Positions 24,813 through 38,437 of a stretch of 64,000 nucleotides of DNA are shown one piece after another (positions within the stretch are counted from its first letter, which is position 1; every line of letters starts with the position of its first letter). The stretch comes from Octopus sinensis (Eukaryota). The notes below the pieces were generated by a model. That model did not search any database and was not told where the DNA came from. It saw nothing but the letters and a program-made list of their open reading frames with translations. The position numbers were made by a program, and so were the translations under genes. The stretch spans positions 20,026,001-20,090,000 of the forward strand of contig NC_042998.1 in assembly GCF_006345805.1 (NCBI RefSeq), given 5' to 3'.

Positions 24813-25439
24813 GCATATATATATATATACGACGGGCTACTTTCAGTTTCTGTCTACCAAATACATTCACAATTTTCGACTAGAAAGAGGTTGCTTTTTT
24901 GTCAGGGATGTATTTCATCCAAGCATATACCAGTTTAGCTCTATATCGATTAATTATCCTGGAATATGTTAATTTGTGTATAGTATTAGTGCTTATTGAT
25001 GTCTCTTCTTCGACATCACTACTTTACACTTATGAAGTTCCAGGTGTCGTTATAGATGTTTTCATCTATCCAATATAGAATAGAATTTATTAATTTAATA
25101 AAAAACAAATGAGAGTGTGAACACAGATATCGTTTTATTTATATAATAGTCACTTTCATGTCGCCTACGCATGTTTCGACTTACCACATTCATTCATATT
25201 TTACAATGAAAATTGCATTATGAATTTAAAACTTAAAAACTACTTCAGGGAAAATTTGACATATATTTATTTACATCCTAATGGATGTACAGTTCATTAC
25301 AGAGTGAATAGCAGCATGTGTATGTGTGTGTGTGTGTGTATGTATGCATGTACGTGCGCGCTCACGTGTGCCGTGCGTGGGCGACATTAAATTTACTATT
25401 ATATAAATAGAGTTCTGAGATCACATTCTCCGGTTTCTC

Positions 25440-25526
25440 TCTCTCTATCTCTCTCTCTCTCTATATATATATATATCTATATATATATATATATGTTTAT
25501 ATATATATATATATATACATATTTAT

Positions 25527-25585
<59 letters not shown>

Positions 25586-25772
25586 CCTATACATACATAT
25601 ATGTGTGTGTGTGCGTGTGTGTGAGGGTGTTGCTTTCGTTCACTTATTGTGTACCAGGCTGTAATTTTGCAGAATATATATATACACACACACATATATA
25701 TATATATATATAAATGCATATATATATATATATATATATACATGCATATATATATATATATATATATATATA

Positions 25773-25824
<52 letters not shown>

Positions 25825-26060
25825 ACTCACATATATATACATGCATATATGTACACACACAAATATGTATATACATACGTATATATAGAGAGACATATAT
25901 ATATACATATATAGAAATACATATATATATACGCATATATATATACATATACATATGTATATATACATATACATATATACAGACATATATATACATATAA
26001 ACATATATATATATAATATATATATGCATATATATATATTTATATATATAACATGTGTAT
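25440..26060. repeat. (CT)/(TA)/(TATC)/(TG) compound microsatellite field
   Basis: Direct inspection; interrupted by a short unique segment at about 25625-25675. Confidence 0.93.
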
Positions 26061-26640
26061 GTACGGTCGTAGACTGGTGTGCCATTAAGAAATTCGACAT
26101 TCAATAAACAGAGATCGATAAAATGAATGCCAGTGTCAGTAAAGAGATCAATATATTTGACTGGAGCCCTACAGGCTGTATTGCACTATTGCCACTGTCA
26201 AACCACTGAATTCAGTAAAAGAATTTAGTAGATATTTGCTTTCTAAACTGTATATATATGTTATGATGTATTTCCTTTACACACTAAATCTATATATGCA
26301 TACATCCGTGTGGGCAGGTTTGTTTTTGCGCATGTATGCAGACGTGGTTATGCGTGCGCTCATGTGTATTAGGATATCGATTGATAGATACATATATAGA
26401 TCCATATATACCTACATATACACGCTCACTTTTTCCCTATCTAGCAAAACACTCTCAATATTTCTTTATCTTGGAAAATTTGTTTCCATATTTCACACTG
26501 CCACATACAGTAAACATTTTATCATCATGATCATCATGATCATCATCATCATCATCATCATCATCAACATCATCATCACCTTCAAAAACAGGATCAATGT
26601 ATTAGTCTAATCAATTCGATAAGACGTTGGTTCTTCACAG

Positions 26641-26759
26641 TAGTGCAATTGCCATGGTTCACTTGTTGTGTACCAGACTGTAAACTTTGCAGAATGGGGT
26701 TTGTCTACTGTCAGAATAAATTTTTCACTTTTTGCATCTTCTGCGAGAGAATCGATAAA
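26641..26759 (+). other. Candidate Cys-rich exon and/or decayed THAP-like domain start
   Basis: CTAAT at 26607, TTGGTTCTTCACAG acceptor, GTAAGT donor at 26760. One open frame: VQLPWFTCCVPDCKLCRMGFVYCQNKFFTFCIFCERIDK. Confidence 0.3.
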
Positions 26760-26887
26760 GTAAGTGGAAGTTTGTAGTATTTTAGGGTATTTGGTCAATT
26801 GTACCACGATGTTTTATTCTTATTACTGGGAAGGTCAGCAACATAGTCGATATTCTCAAGCACTTTCTATGCAAGATTCATAAAGCA

Positions 26888-26925
26888 TTATATATATATG
26901 TATATATAATATATATATATATATA

Positions 26926-26956
<31 letters not shown>

Positions 26957-27230
26957 GCATGTACTTATATATATATTATGTATATGTATATGCATATATG
27001 TATATATGTATATGCATATACATATATATGTGGTATGTATATATATAATATATGTATGTATATACATATATATATATATATGTAGGTATGTATATATATA
27101 TGTATATATATATGTATATATATGTATATATATATATATGTATATATATATGTATATATATATGTATATATATATATATATGTATATACATATGTATATA
27201 TATATGTATATATGTATGTATATATGTATA
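26888..27230. repeat. (TA)n/(TATG)n field
   Basis: Direct inspection. Confidence 0.95.
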
Positions 27231-30200
27231 AGAAACCACTGCCCTCTTCCCCCACATCACCACCTCAATACTACTGCAGTAACAAAAACTTAAAGAAACA
27301 TAGGAAGCAGAATGCGCCCCCCCACGGCACAAACAAGAAATCCCCAAATATGCCGCTATTCACTGCGCCAGAGACTCTGCACAAATAGTGACTGCATCTT
27401 CACGCATCTACCCGGCACTAGACGCACTACCGGCCAAGGCCAAAGCACGCATCCCACAATAACATCAACACCACCAAATAGTAAATCGAAATTCAAAACA
27501 CACACAACTCGGAGTCCCAAAATCTGCCGGTATCCCAACGTGAGAGAACATGTCTACTGAGTGACTGTCCCTTCACTCATCTTCCAGGGACCCGACGCAC
27601 AAACAGAAACGGGGCTTCAAGCCAACACACAAACCTGAATAAAAATAAAAATAGAAACACACCATGCTGCAGTAATGCTGGTCCAGTCTTTTCAGGAAGA
27701 CACAAAAACAACAACAACAAAAGTGGAAACTACAACCCTATCCAACAGTGCAACCACACCTCCAGCCAAAAACTGCTCCCTAAGCAGGAAAATTCTTTTT
27801 TAGCCATGTTGAACATATAAAAAGAGATACACAAAAACATTCTAGCCATCACTCAACACCATCCTATGCTATTACCCCAGTGCACCAATTCCCCACATTG
27901 CTGCCACTAACACACACAAAAAATCCAAGCCCCGTGCAACAGTCAAAACCAGCCACTACACTAACCTCCACATTCCTACTCAATGCACAAGGTGTCAGCC
28001 CTTCCATCAATGCACAAAAATGGAGGTCCAATTCATTGAAGACTGGGTTGGTAACCATTCACACCACATCCCTTTCTTCATTCTCACTGAGACCCACCTT
28101 GACAACTCCCACTTGGAAGCCGAAGTGAGAGTGAAGAATTTCACAACCATCCGCGCGGATCGTATCGGCAGGAGGAAGGGTGGAACTGCCATTTTCCTGC
28201 ATGATTTATTTACGGCAGATGGAAATAGTATATTCTCCAACGGCTACTGTGAATCAGTCACCGTGCACAACAAAGCCAATGACCTGACAGTAATTGGGCT
28301 CTATAGGCCGCCCCAAACACCCATACTGTGCTTTAAAGAATGCCTCAGCAGCATTAAGTGCTTTATTCAACAGTGCCATTCTAGCAACATACTCATGATG
28401 GGAGACTTCAATCTACCCTGTGTTGACTGGACTACAAACTGTTTGAAACCAAGCACTCCCGCCTCAACCGCTGACAAGAAGCAGCAGAGTCACTTTTCGA
28501 CTTTACGAATGAGTTTTTCTTGTCCCAACTTGTCCTTGCACCACAAGACATCAGAACATTTTGGACCTAGTGTTTAGTAACCACACTAACACTATACATA
28601 ACGTTACAGTGGAAAAAACCCTTCTTTCAGACCATGACATGGTTCTCTGTAACATGAAATTCCACCAGCCGAAAGCTAATCCTAGTGACCTTCCTCCAGC
28701 CCACCCATTTGACAACATGGATCTCCATAATGCCAACTGGGATGCAATCAGGAACGAGCTATCACATGTTGACTGGTCCTTTACACATACACACATCTCC
28801 ACCAACCATAAAACATCTTGGCAGATCTTTGTAGACACCGTCACAGACATATGTGCAAAACACTCCCCACCAAGACCTGTGAACAAAAAGTGCAGAATCC
28901 CCCAAAACAGAAAAACCATTATCAGAAAAATAAAAAGAAACAACAAAAAAATTAACAAACTAAAGTACTGCCAACAGCAACACACACATTCGGCGGCTAT
29001 CGCACTGCTTGAATCCAAAAAATATAACCTCCAACAATGCATGAAGACCCTCATCAATAACCAAAGATCAGCTGAGGAGAAGTGGGCCATTGAAAAAATC
29101 AAACTCAACCCCAAGTGTTCTTTTCATTTGCGAGGAAACGCAGGGTCACTGTCTCCACTGTAGGCCCTCTAATTGACGAAACTGGCACTCTCCAAGGTAA
29201 TGCCAAATCCATGGCCGAGATACTGCAGAAACAATACTGCTCTGTTTTCAGCAATCCTGATATGGCCGATCTGGGCTATATCAGTGATGTCAACCCCCAA
29301 CACACTATATCGGACATAACGTTTAGTGCCCCGTGATGTCTTAGCGGCGATAACGAAATAAAACACAATTCAGCAGTAGGCCCCGATAGGTTCCCTGCTT
29401 GTGTCCTGAAGGTGTGTCGACACCAACTTGCATCTCCCCTTGCTAATCTGTGGAGAAACTCACTGGATGCTGGCTATATTCCAAAAAACCTTCTGTCCCA
29501 GTCTGTTGTCCCAGTTTTCAAAAAGGGAAACAAGTCCCTTGCAGTGAATTACGTCCGATCTCACTCACCTCTCATATCATCAAGGTATTTGAGAGGGTGG
29601 TGAGATCTCGAATAACCCAATTTCTGGAAAGCAACAGACGACTGATCTCCAACCAACATGGGTTCCGTAATGGAAGGGACTGCCTAACGCAGCTCCTGCA
29701 TCACTTTGAGGACATTTTGAGAGCTTTGGGAGAGGGCTCCAACACCGATGTCATCTACCTTGATTTCAGTAAGGCCTTCGACAGGGTCGATCACAAGATC
29801 CTATTGAAAAAACTATCCAACATTGGTGTCTCTGGAAAGTTACTGAAATGGATCAAGTGTTTCCTGACAGACAGATCTCAACATTTTGTAGTTGAAGGGG
29901 TAAAATCAAGCCCAGCCAAAGTCAGTAGTGGCGTTCCGCAAGGCACTGTGCTGGGCCCACTTCTTTTCATCATTTACATTAATGACATTAATGACATCAT
30001 CAAGCACAGCAACATAAGAATCTTTGCAGATGACTCCAAGCTACAGAAGGTCATAAATGAGGCGAGTGACCGGACATGCCTTCAGTCAGATCTACTGACT
30101 GTTATCCAATGGGCAGAAAAAAACAATATGCTGCTGAACGAGGATAAATTTGAGCTAATCCACTTTGGAAAAGAGGATGCCCTGAAACCTCCATACTCCC

Positions 30201-30996
30201 TTCCTTCAGGTGAAACTCTCGCGGCGTCCAACAACATCAGAGACTTGGGAGTAATTGTGGACAACAACATAAGCTGGGCCACTCATATAAACACCAAAGT
30301 TGACATGGCCCGCAGAATGTGTTCCTGGATTCTCAGAACTTTCCAGTCGAGAGATATCCACACCATTATCCTTCTCTTCTCCACTTTTGCCCGACCCCAC
30401 CTTGAATACTGTTGTCCACTGTGGTCTCCCCACACAATACAAGGTATCATAAAAGTTGAAGCACCTCAAAGGGCAATCACAAAAAAGATAGATGGCATGA
30501 CAGGCCTCGACTATTGGGGTCGACTAGAAAAGCTAAAACTCTATTCTCTCCAACGTCGTCGTGAGCGCTACATCATCTGCATGATGTGGAAAATATTCCA
30601 TCAGCATTGCCCAAATGATGTTGGCATCACCTTTAAGGTACATCCAAGGCTTGGGCCCCGTGCCATCCGCCCAAAACAAAAATCGCACTCTCATCTCATA
30701 ACAACAATACGGCACAATTATTTCACCTCAATTGGCCCCGCTCTCTTTAACATTACACCAAAACACATTAAAAGAGAAACTGACCCTATAGGGTTCAAGA
30801 AGTCTTTGGACAGATTCCTTCAAGAAATCCCGGATAAACCCCCTACACCCGGATATGTCTCTGTAAACAATAACTCTCTACTTGAGTGGGCCATAGTGCC
30901 CAAATTCTGACTTGAAAGACTTCACCAGGTGGTGCTATTAAGTTAGACATGGCCTGGGCCAATAATGGCCGAAACCTATCAAAGTATCAAAGTAAG
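27231..30996 (+). mobile_element. LINE-Z: CR1-group element with ORF1 remnant, APE and RT, several frameshifts
   Basis: FLLNAQG..LTETHL..RADR..KGGTAIF..GLYRPP..MGDFN..DLVF..SDH (APE); RPISLTS, QHGF, DFSKAFD, PQGTVLGP, IFADD (RT); tail with (TATCAAAG)2. Confidence 0.92.
29450..30910 (+). pseudogene. RT-containing part of LINE-Z ORF2
   Basis: 486-aa ORF whose start is a frameshift artefact; RT motifs and C-terminal region intact. Confidence 0.88.
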
Positions 30997-30998
30997 TA

Positions 30999-31029
<31 letters not shown>

Positions 31030-31129
31030 ATGTATATATATATGTATATATATATGTATATATATATATGTATATATGTATATTATATATATGTATATAT
31101 GTATATATGTATATATGTATATATATATG

Positions 31130-31166
<37 letters not shown>

Positions 31167-31488
31167 GTATATATATATATGTATTATATATATATGTATA
31201 TATATATATGTATATATATATATAGTATATATATATATATAATGTATATATATATATGTATAATATATATATATGTATATATATAATATGTATATATATA
31301 TATATTATATGTATATATGTATATATGTATATATGTATATATATATGTATATATAATGTATATATATATGTATATATATATATGTATATATGTATATGTA
31401 TATATATATATATGTATATATGTTATGTATATATATATGTATATATAATATATATATAGTATATATATATATATTATATATATATATG

Positions 31489-31535
<47 letters not shown>

Positions 31536-31714
31536 ATGTATATATATATATGTTATATATATATATATGTATATATATATGTATATATATGTATATATGT
31601 ATAATATATATATATATTATATATATATGTATATATATTGTATATATATATATATGTATATATATGTATATATATATAATATGTATATATATATGTATAT
31701 ATATAATATATATG

Positions 31715-31793
<79 letters not shown>
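30997..31793. repeat. About 800-bp (TA)n/(TATG)n field
   Basis: Direct inspection. Confidence 0.97.
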
Positions 31794-31795
<2 letters not shown>

Positions 31796-33229
31796 GCAAA
31801 GTCATGGAACGAATAGTCCGTAAGAAACTAATCATGTTCCTTGAAAAAAATGACTTGCTGTCTGACACCCAGCATGGATTTCGACCAGGTAGAGGCTGCT
31901 TAACACAGCTCCTGCAACACTATGACTGGGTGTTGAAACAGCTACTAAATGGCTCAAATGTTGATGTAATATATCTCGACTTTGCAAAAGCCTTTGATAA
32001 GGTCGACCATGGTATGATCTGTCACAAACTGCGTGGTTTCGGCATAGGCGGAAAACTTGGAGAGTGGCTGCACAACTTCCTAAAAGACAGAAAACAGGCT
32101 GTTGTGAGCAATGGAGCCACCTCCAAGGAAACGCAAATAACAAGCGGTGTCCCACAGGGCACTGTCTTGGGGCCACTGATGTTCATAGTGGCCCTTTCAG
32201 ACATGCCTTCAGTTGCTACGATGACCATCCTTGCTAGCTATGCAGATGACACTAAAGTCTCCCACGCAATACAAAACCCTGAAAATATTGTGCATCTGCA
32301 ACAGGAGTTGGAGACAATATACAGGTGGGCTGAGGACAACAACATGCAGTTTAATGCAGGTAAGTTCCAGGCCCTGCGCTACTGGCACACAAAGGTAAAC
32401 GACGTGCAGACTGGATACACTGGCCCAGGAAGAATTGCAATCCCTGAGTCAAAATCAGCGCGTGACCTGGGCATTGACATGAGTAATGATGCATCTTTCC
32501 AAGTGCATATTGCTAATCTGGTGATAAGATGCAGACGGCTAGCTGGATGGATTCTCCGAACTTTCAGAACAAGAGAGAAGGAGACACTGAGGGTCCTATG
32601 GAAAACATTCGTCCTCAGCCGCTTGGACTACTGCTCCCAACTGTGGTCACCACACAATATAAAACTAACAGCAGAACTCGAAGCAGTTCAGAGAAGCTAC
32701 ACAAAGAAAATCGTCTCAATGCAAAATATCAGCTACTGAGAAATACTGAAGGTATTAAACCTCTTCTCCCTAGAGCGGAGGCGGGAGAGATATGCGGTGA
32801 TATACATCTGGAAAATCCTGGAGGGTCTTTTCCCAAATTTTGGCATTCAAAGTTACCCCAACCGCAGAACGGGGCGCCACTGCATGGTGTCAAGGATTCC
32901 AACATCACCATCAAAATACAGGTCCAGATACTGCAACAGCTTGGGTTTCAGAGGATCACAGCTCTTTAACATCCTCCCTAAATGCCTGAGAGACTTACAT
33001 GGTGTGGATGTGGGTTTCTTTAAAACTAAACTGGATCTCTTCTTGTCGGGAGTCCCAGATGGACCTACCTCATGACAGGAGACGCGGATGCGGGCAGCAG
33101 CTTCGAACTCCCTTGTTGATCAAGTGCCACGTATCAGAGGTGGATTCACAAATTAGTGTAGCTCATTCAGCGGCGGTGCCCCAGCATGACCGCGGCCTTC
33201 GGGCTGAAACATTTTAAAGGATTTTAAGG

Positions 33230-33233
<4 letters not shown>
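31794..33233 (+). mobile_element. LINE-X, 5'-truncated in the RT, with one premature stop (TGA at 32737-32739)
   Basis: [53 protein letters not shown]. Tail CGGCC(TTCG)GGCTGAAAC then (TTTAAGGA)-like repeats. Confidence 0.93.
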
Positions 33234-33291
<58 letters not shown>

Positions 33292-33301
33292 ATATATATA
33301 C

Positions 33302-33346
<45 letters not shown>

Positions 33347-33486
33347 CATATATATGCATATATATATACATATATATATATACATATATATATACACATA
33401 TATACATATATACATATATACATATATATATACACATATATATATATACATATACATATATATATATACTATATACATATATATGC

Positions 33487-33526
<40 letters not shown>

Positions 33527-33830
33527 TATATATATACATATATAGATATATATATATGTATATATATATATGTATATATATGTATATATATGTATATATA
33601 TATATATGTGTGTATGTATATGTATATATATATATGTGTATATATATGTATATATATATATATATGTATATATATATGTATATATATATATATGTGTATA
33701 TATATGTATATATATATATGTGTATATATATGTATATATATATGTATATATATATATATATATAAATGTGTGTGTACATATATGTATATATAAATGTGTG
33801 TGTGTGTATGTATATGTATATACATATACA
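33234..33830. repeat. (TA)n field
   Basis: Direct inspection. Confidence 0.97.
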
Positions 33831-34342
33831 CAAGTGTTACAATATGAATGCACTTTTGCTTTTGCTTGTACAAGGACTCATTTAATGTTCCCGTTTCTCT
33901 TTCAACTTTCATCTCTTCAATTCCTTTCTCTATGCCTACAGATCATAGCAAAATGAACCTACCATAAATATTATATGGGGTTTTAATTTAATTTTCGAAC
34001 GAATCTTTTATGTCCCACCTATGTCTTTATACATTTGTGTGTACCAAAACCTCAAATTCAACACCAGTTACATTACTTTCGTCAGACTATAATGCACTGT
34101 AGCACCTAGCTGCATCCCTTGCAATTTACGTCCTCATACGTTTGACTTTCATATTTCCCTTAGTTTTAAAGGAAGGGACAAATATTCTTGTCTTAAATTA
34201 GTTGAATTTATTTATATTAGGAATCACGAACAAACGACATTTTAGGATTTTTCAGTATCCATTTTATATCCGTTAGGATGTCTTATTTGTATGACGACGG
34301 TAAAACGTCTTAGAATTATTCAAAAATATTACGAACTCTGTT

Positions 34343-35070
34343 GGCCGCAGTCAAATCATTAAAACATATAAAAGACTGAAGTAATCATTCAAAATGTGAC
34401 CGCGTGTGTACCGTTGGCGATTTATTCCCTCTGTCTTCCCTTCTCTGGATCTTTCCTTCTCCTATGTTTCCGACGAAGAGCTCCGCTCAAAACGTTAAAC
34501 CTTCCTTCTATAAATTCAAAGAGTAGACATATATATATTCATGCGCATCACGAATGTGTATCTTCCTTCAGCAGTGGCCATGCTAACAATCACTATTTTC
34601 CGAGTTATTTACTTAACTGGATAGAAACAATAACAAATTTATAATCTAAATATATGTCTGTGTGTCTGTGTTGGTCCCCCGAACATCGCTTGACAACCGA
34701 TGTTGGTGTGTTTACGTCCCCGTAACTTAGCGGTTCGGCAAAATATTCGATAGAATAAGTACTAGGTTTGCAAAGAATATATATTGGGGTCGATTTGTTC
34801 GAATATGGGCAGTGCTTCATCATGGCTGCAGTCAAATCATTAAAACATAAAAGACTGAAATAATCATTCAAAATGTGACCGCGTGTGTACCGTTGGCGAT
34901 TTTTTCCCTCTGTCTTCCCTTCTCTGGATCTTTCCTTCTCCTATGTTTCCGACGAAGTGCTCCGCTCGAAACGTTAAACCCTCCTTCTTTCTTGAGCTTC
35001 CAATAATACTATATTTGTTCCACGTCCTCGCGTTGTTGTGTTTTTTGTGTTTTCTTGTTTGGATTACCTT
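34343..35070 (+). repeat. Direct repeat of about 165 bp (34343-34508 and 34824-34990), each copy a SINE-B 3' tip plus a hammerhead-like repeat; SINE-B 3' half at 34645-34850
   Basis: Both copies read GCAGTCAAATCATTAAAACA..TGACCGCGTGTGTACCGTTGGCGA..TTTCCGACGAAG.GCTCCGCTC.AAACGTTAAAC. Confidence 0.85.
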
Positions 35071-35084
35071 TATATATATATATA

Positions 35085-36345
35085 TTTGGTCGTTAAGTAT
35101 GAAATCTGTAGTAAGGTATATGGTAAATTTTGACAGTTGCTCATTTTGCGCCATTATTATATTCATTTTTGTTAGAAAGCTGATACATTTATTCCTTTAT
35201 TATAACTCATTTTTCGCTTTATAAGTATTTCTAAATCGTGTTTTGCTATTTTTGTTTAGAGACGGATAAGTCAGAAATTCGTACAGCTTTGAAATATGAG
35301 TCGTTTCTTAGAAATACAGCATTACAGACAGCTCAGACTATTAATGGAGTATATCATTCTAACGTTATTACACAGCAGACAGTATCAAATTGGTTTGCAA
35401 AATTTCGTCCTGGTAACTTTGAACTCACAAATGAGCAAGGCAGTCGATCAGAAACAAATAATGACGAACTGAAAGCCACCGTCGAGTCAGATCCTTCTCA
35501 AAGTGCCCGTGAATTATCGCTGTTGAATGGTGTGAGAAAGCATACAATATTGACTCACGTAGTTCTAATCGGTAAAGTGAAAATTTTGGGTGTGTGGGTT
35601 CCACATGAACTCAACGAAAATCAGTAACAGGAACTTTTAGAAGCCTGCATTATGTTACTTTCTCCTCACAAAAATGAATCATTTTTGAATCGAATTGTAA
35701 AATGTGATGAGAAATGGATCCAATATAACAACCGTAAACGTTCAGCACAATGGTTGGACAAGGACGAACCACCGAAACACAATCCAAAAGGCAAAATTCA
35801 TCAACTGATGTTGTGCATTTGGTGGCCTGGCGCGGGTGTTATACATTATAATTTCATTAAACCTCACCCATAAATCACGGCCGAAGTGTACTGCAGCCAA
35901 CTTGACCAAATGGTGCAGAGACGTAAAAAAACCCAGCCTAATTAGTCAACAGATCCATTCCTATTTTATTACAAGACAACGTCAGACTATACATCGCAAA
36001 AAGGATATTGGCGTAACTACAGAAGTTGGAGTCGGTAGTTCCCCATCATCCACCATACTCCCCTAATCTTGCCTCCACTGACTATCACTTCTTTCAGAAC
36101 TTGGATAACTTTTTGATAGGAAAAAATATTTAATTCCGACGATGTTGTAAAACAGGCCTTCTAAGATTTTATTGACTCTAGATTGCCAGGCTTTAAAAGT
36201 TCCGAGCTGGACAAGCTATCGCTGAAATGGCAAAAGTGTATTGGCGATATGGGTGCATACTTTGATGAATAAAGCTATTCCTTGTATTTATATAACATTA
36301 GCAAACTTCTTTTCTTTTCTACAAATTTCATACTTGACGACCTAA
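35085..36345 (+). mobile_element. mariner (Tc1/mariner) DNA transposon, full length (1261 bp), transposase inactivated
   Basis: 27-bp TIRs with 3 mismatches and flanking TA. WVPHEL, CDEKW, QDN and HPPYSPNLASTDYHFF motifs, with stops and frameshifts. Confidence 0.93.
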
Positions 36346-36445
36346 TATATCGTGGAGTTCTGTGTGTGTGTGTGTAAATTTCAGCAATATTACGTCTGAT
36401 GACACAAGATAATGGCTACGTACAATCAGCGCTGTGTTTGCCCTG

Positions 36446-37549
36446 GTGAACTTATTTAATCATTAGTGTTTCAAAGCCAGAACACTGCTACACACCAGTA
36501 CCATTCGTGATCTACTTTTTACAGATGACGCAGCACTAGTAGCGACCTCCTTAGAAGAAACTCAGTAACTTCTAGACCGGTTTTTCTTCTGCATGTAAAG
36601 CATCTGGTTTCACAATCAACATAAAGAAGATTGACGTAATCCACCAACCTTGCCCTACTCCTAAACAAATTCGAGGTGTCAAGGAGAGGCCACCGGTTCA
36701 CAATTTTCTTGACACACATATGCAGATTGATGAGAAAAGCCTAGGTTATATGAGGTCATTTGCATGTCTTAATAGTAAAGTGAATTCGAGCGCTTCCCTT
36801 AATGATGTAATCGTCAACCATCTTGCAAAGACAACCATAGTATTTGGCAAACTCCATCATCGCCTATAGAATGAAAGGGGCATCAAACTTGACACCAAAG
36901 TACAGGTCTATAAAGCTGCCATTCTTACAACACTCTTGTATGACTCAGAATTGTGGATACCATATAGACAACATATTAACCATCTCGACATCTACAAAGG
37001 CTGTCCGAGAACAATCTGCGGTTATTCACTACAAGACAGAGTTTCTACTGCCAACTTCTTTAGCAAGTGTAAGATTAGTGGAATCCAGAGCTTCCTTACA
37101 CAATCACAATTGCGCTGGACTGGCCATGTCGTCAAAATGAGTGACGAAAGAAAACCTAAAGTCCACTTGTACAGCTAGCTTGAGGGTGAGCACAGGAATG
37201 TTGGTCGACCATGGCTCAAATATGAAGACAAACTTAGAGATGAAGAGAGCTCACAATACCTTTGATCAAACATGCTTGGAACGAACAAAATGGAGATCGT
37301 TGTGTCAAAATATTAGAAACTTTGTTGCAACCAGCATTAACAGGCTTAGCGGTGCAAGGCAAAGGAGAAAAGCAGCTACAAATATACCACCTGTATTGAC
37401 CAGTAATCCTCATACTTGTAACATATATGGCTTTCTTTACAAATCGTTGGCGGGACTTGAATGTCACATGCGACATAAGCATTATGACTGACAAAGAAAG
37501 CGTATGTTGCTGGAGCCTCATACGTCGAAATTGATGGGAGAGTCCATCA
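36446..37549 (+). mobile_element. RTE-clade LINE 3' fragment, decayed
   Basis: IRDLLFTDDAAL..INIKK..FGKL..TKVQVYKAAILTTLLYDSE.W..QLRWTGHVVKM..GRPWLKYEDKL, and a C-terminal C2H2-like remnant. Confidence 0.88.
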
Positions 37550-38437
37550 TATATATATACGTGGTTGTGTTCTGTGCGTGTGTGTAAATTTCAGCAATAT
37601 TAAGTCTGATAACGTAAGATAATGGCTAAGTACAATTAGCGCTCTGTTGACCTGCTTCAAAACCTCCAACTGTAATTTCATTTACAAGGAAGGCATGGTA
37701 GAGCTGCCTAATGAAGATTGAACAGAGGCACGGTTTAATCGACTGGTACGTATATGATAAAATAAAGGTATGGACAGATATAAAACTGATAAACTGATAT
37801 CAAGTCAGATTATGACGTTTATATATCTTACCTTTTATTTTTCAACTCGTTTCAGTCATTTGACTGCGGCCATGCTGGGGCGATATTTGATCGCACTCTT
37901 GTGACCTAAACACCTGAAACATCAAGTTCTACCCTCATGTTTGTCAATGTTTAAATATATAAATATGATAACGTGACATTCTATCAGATGTCTGCTGTGT
38001 TTATACATTTATTCCTATCTGTCTTTGTCTGTCATTATGTATGTATATACGCTTGGATAACTTTGTATTTAGAAATTTGTATGTGTGTATATATGCGTGA
38101 TATAATAAGCATATGGCAATTCACAAGTATGAGTTGTTAATCGTTCATTAGACTAGACTGTCATCCTGTTGCATGGTTGTTAAATCAGAGCTGACCTGAA
38201 GCTAAAGGGAACAATGTTGTGTAGAGAAACCTACAAGCAATGGAGAAACTATAAAATGTCGTTTCCACACAACGTATCATTAGATTTTGTTGGGATGTAC
38301 AGTGTGAATCTCAGCTAGATGACAGTATATCTATTACATTTAATTAATTTGCCATTCATCTGCTCTACCACTTTTAATTCCTAGTATCGCAATAATAAAA
38401 CCCAAAACTGCTTCTTTTATATGTATAACTCATAAGT

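Noticed and set aside
31390-31793. N-terminal ~135 aa of the 449-aa ORF
   Set aside because: Read-through of the (TA)n field; the real LINE sequence starts at about 31794.
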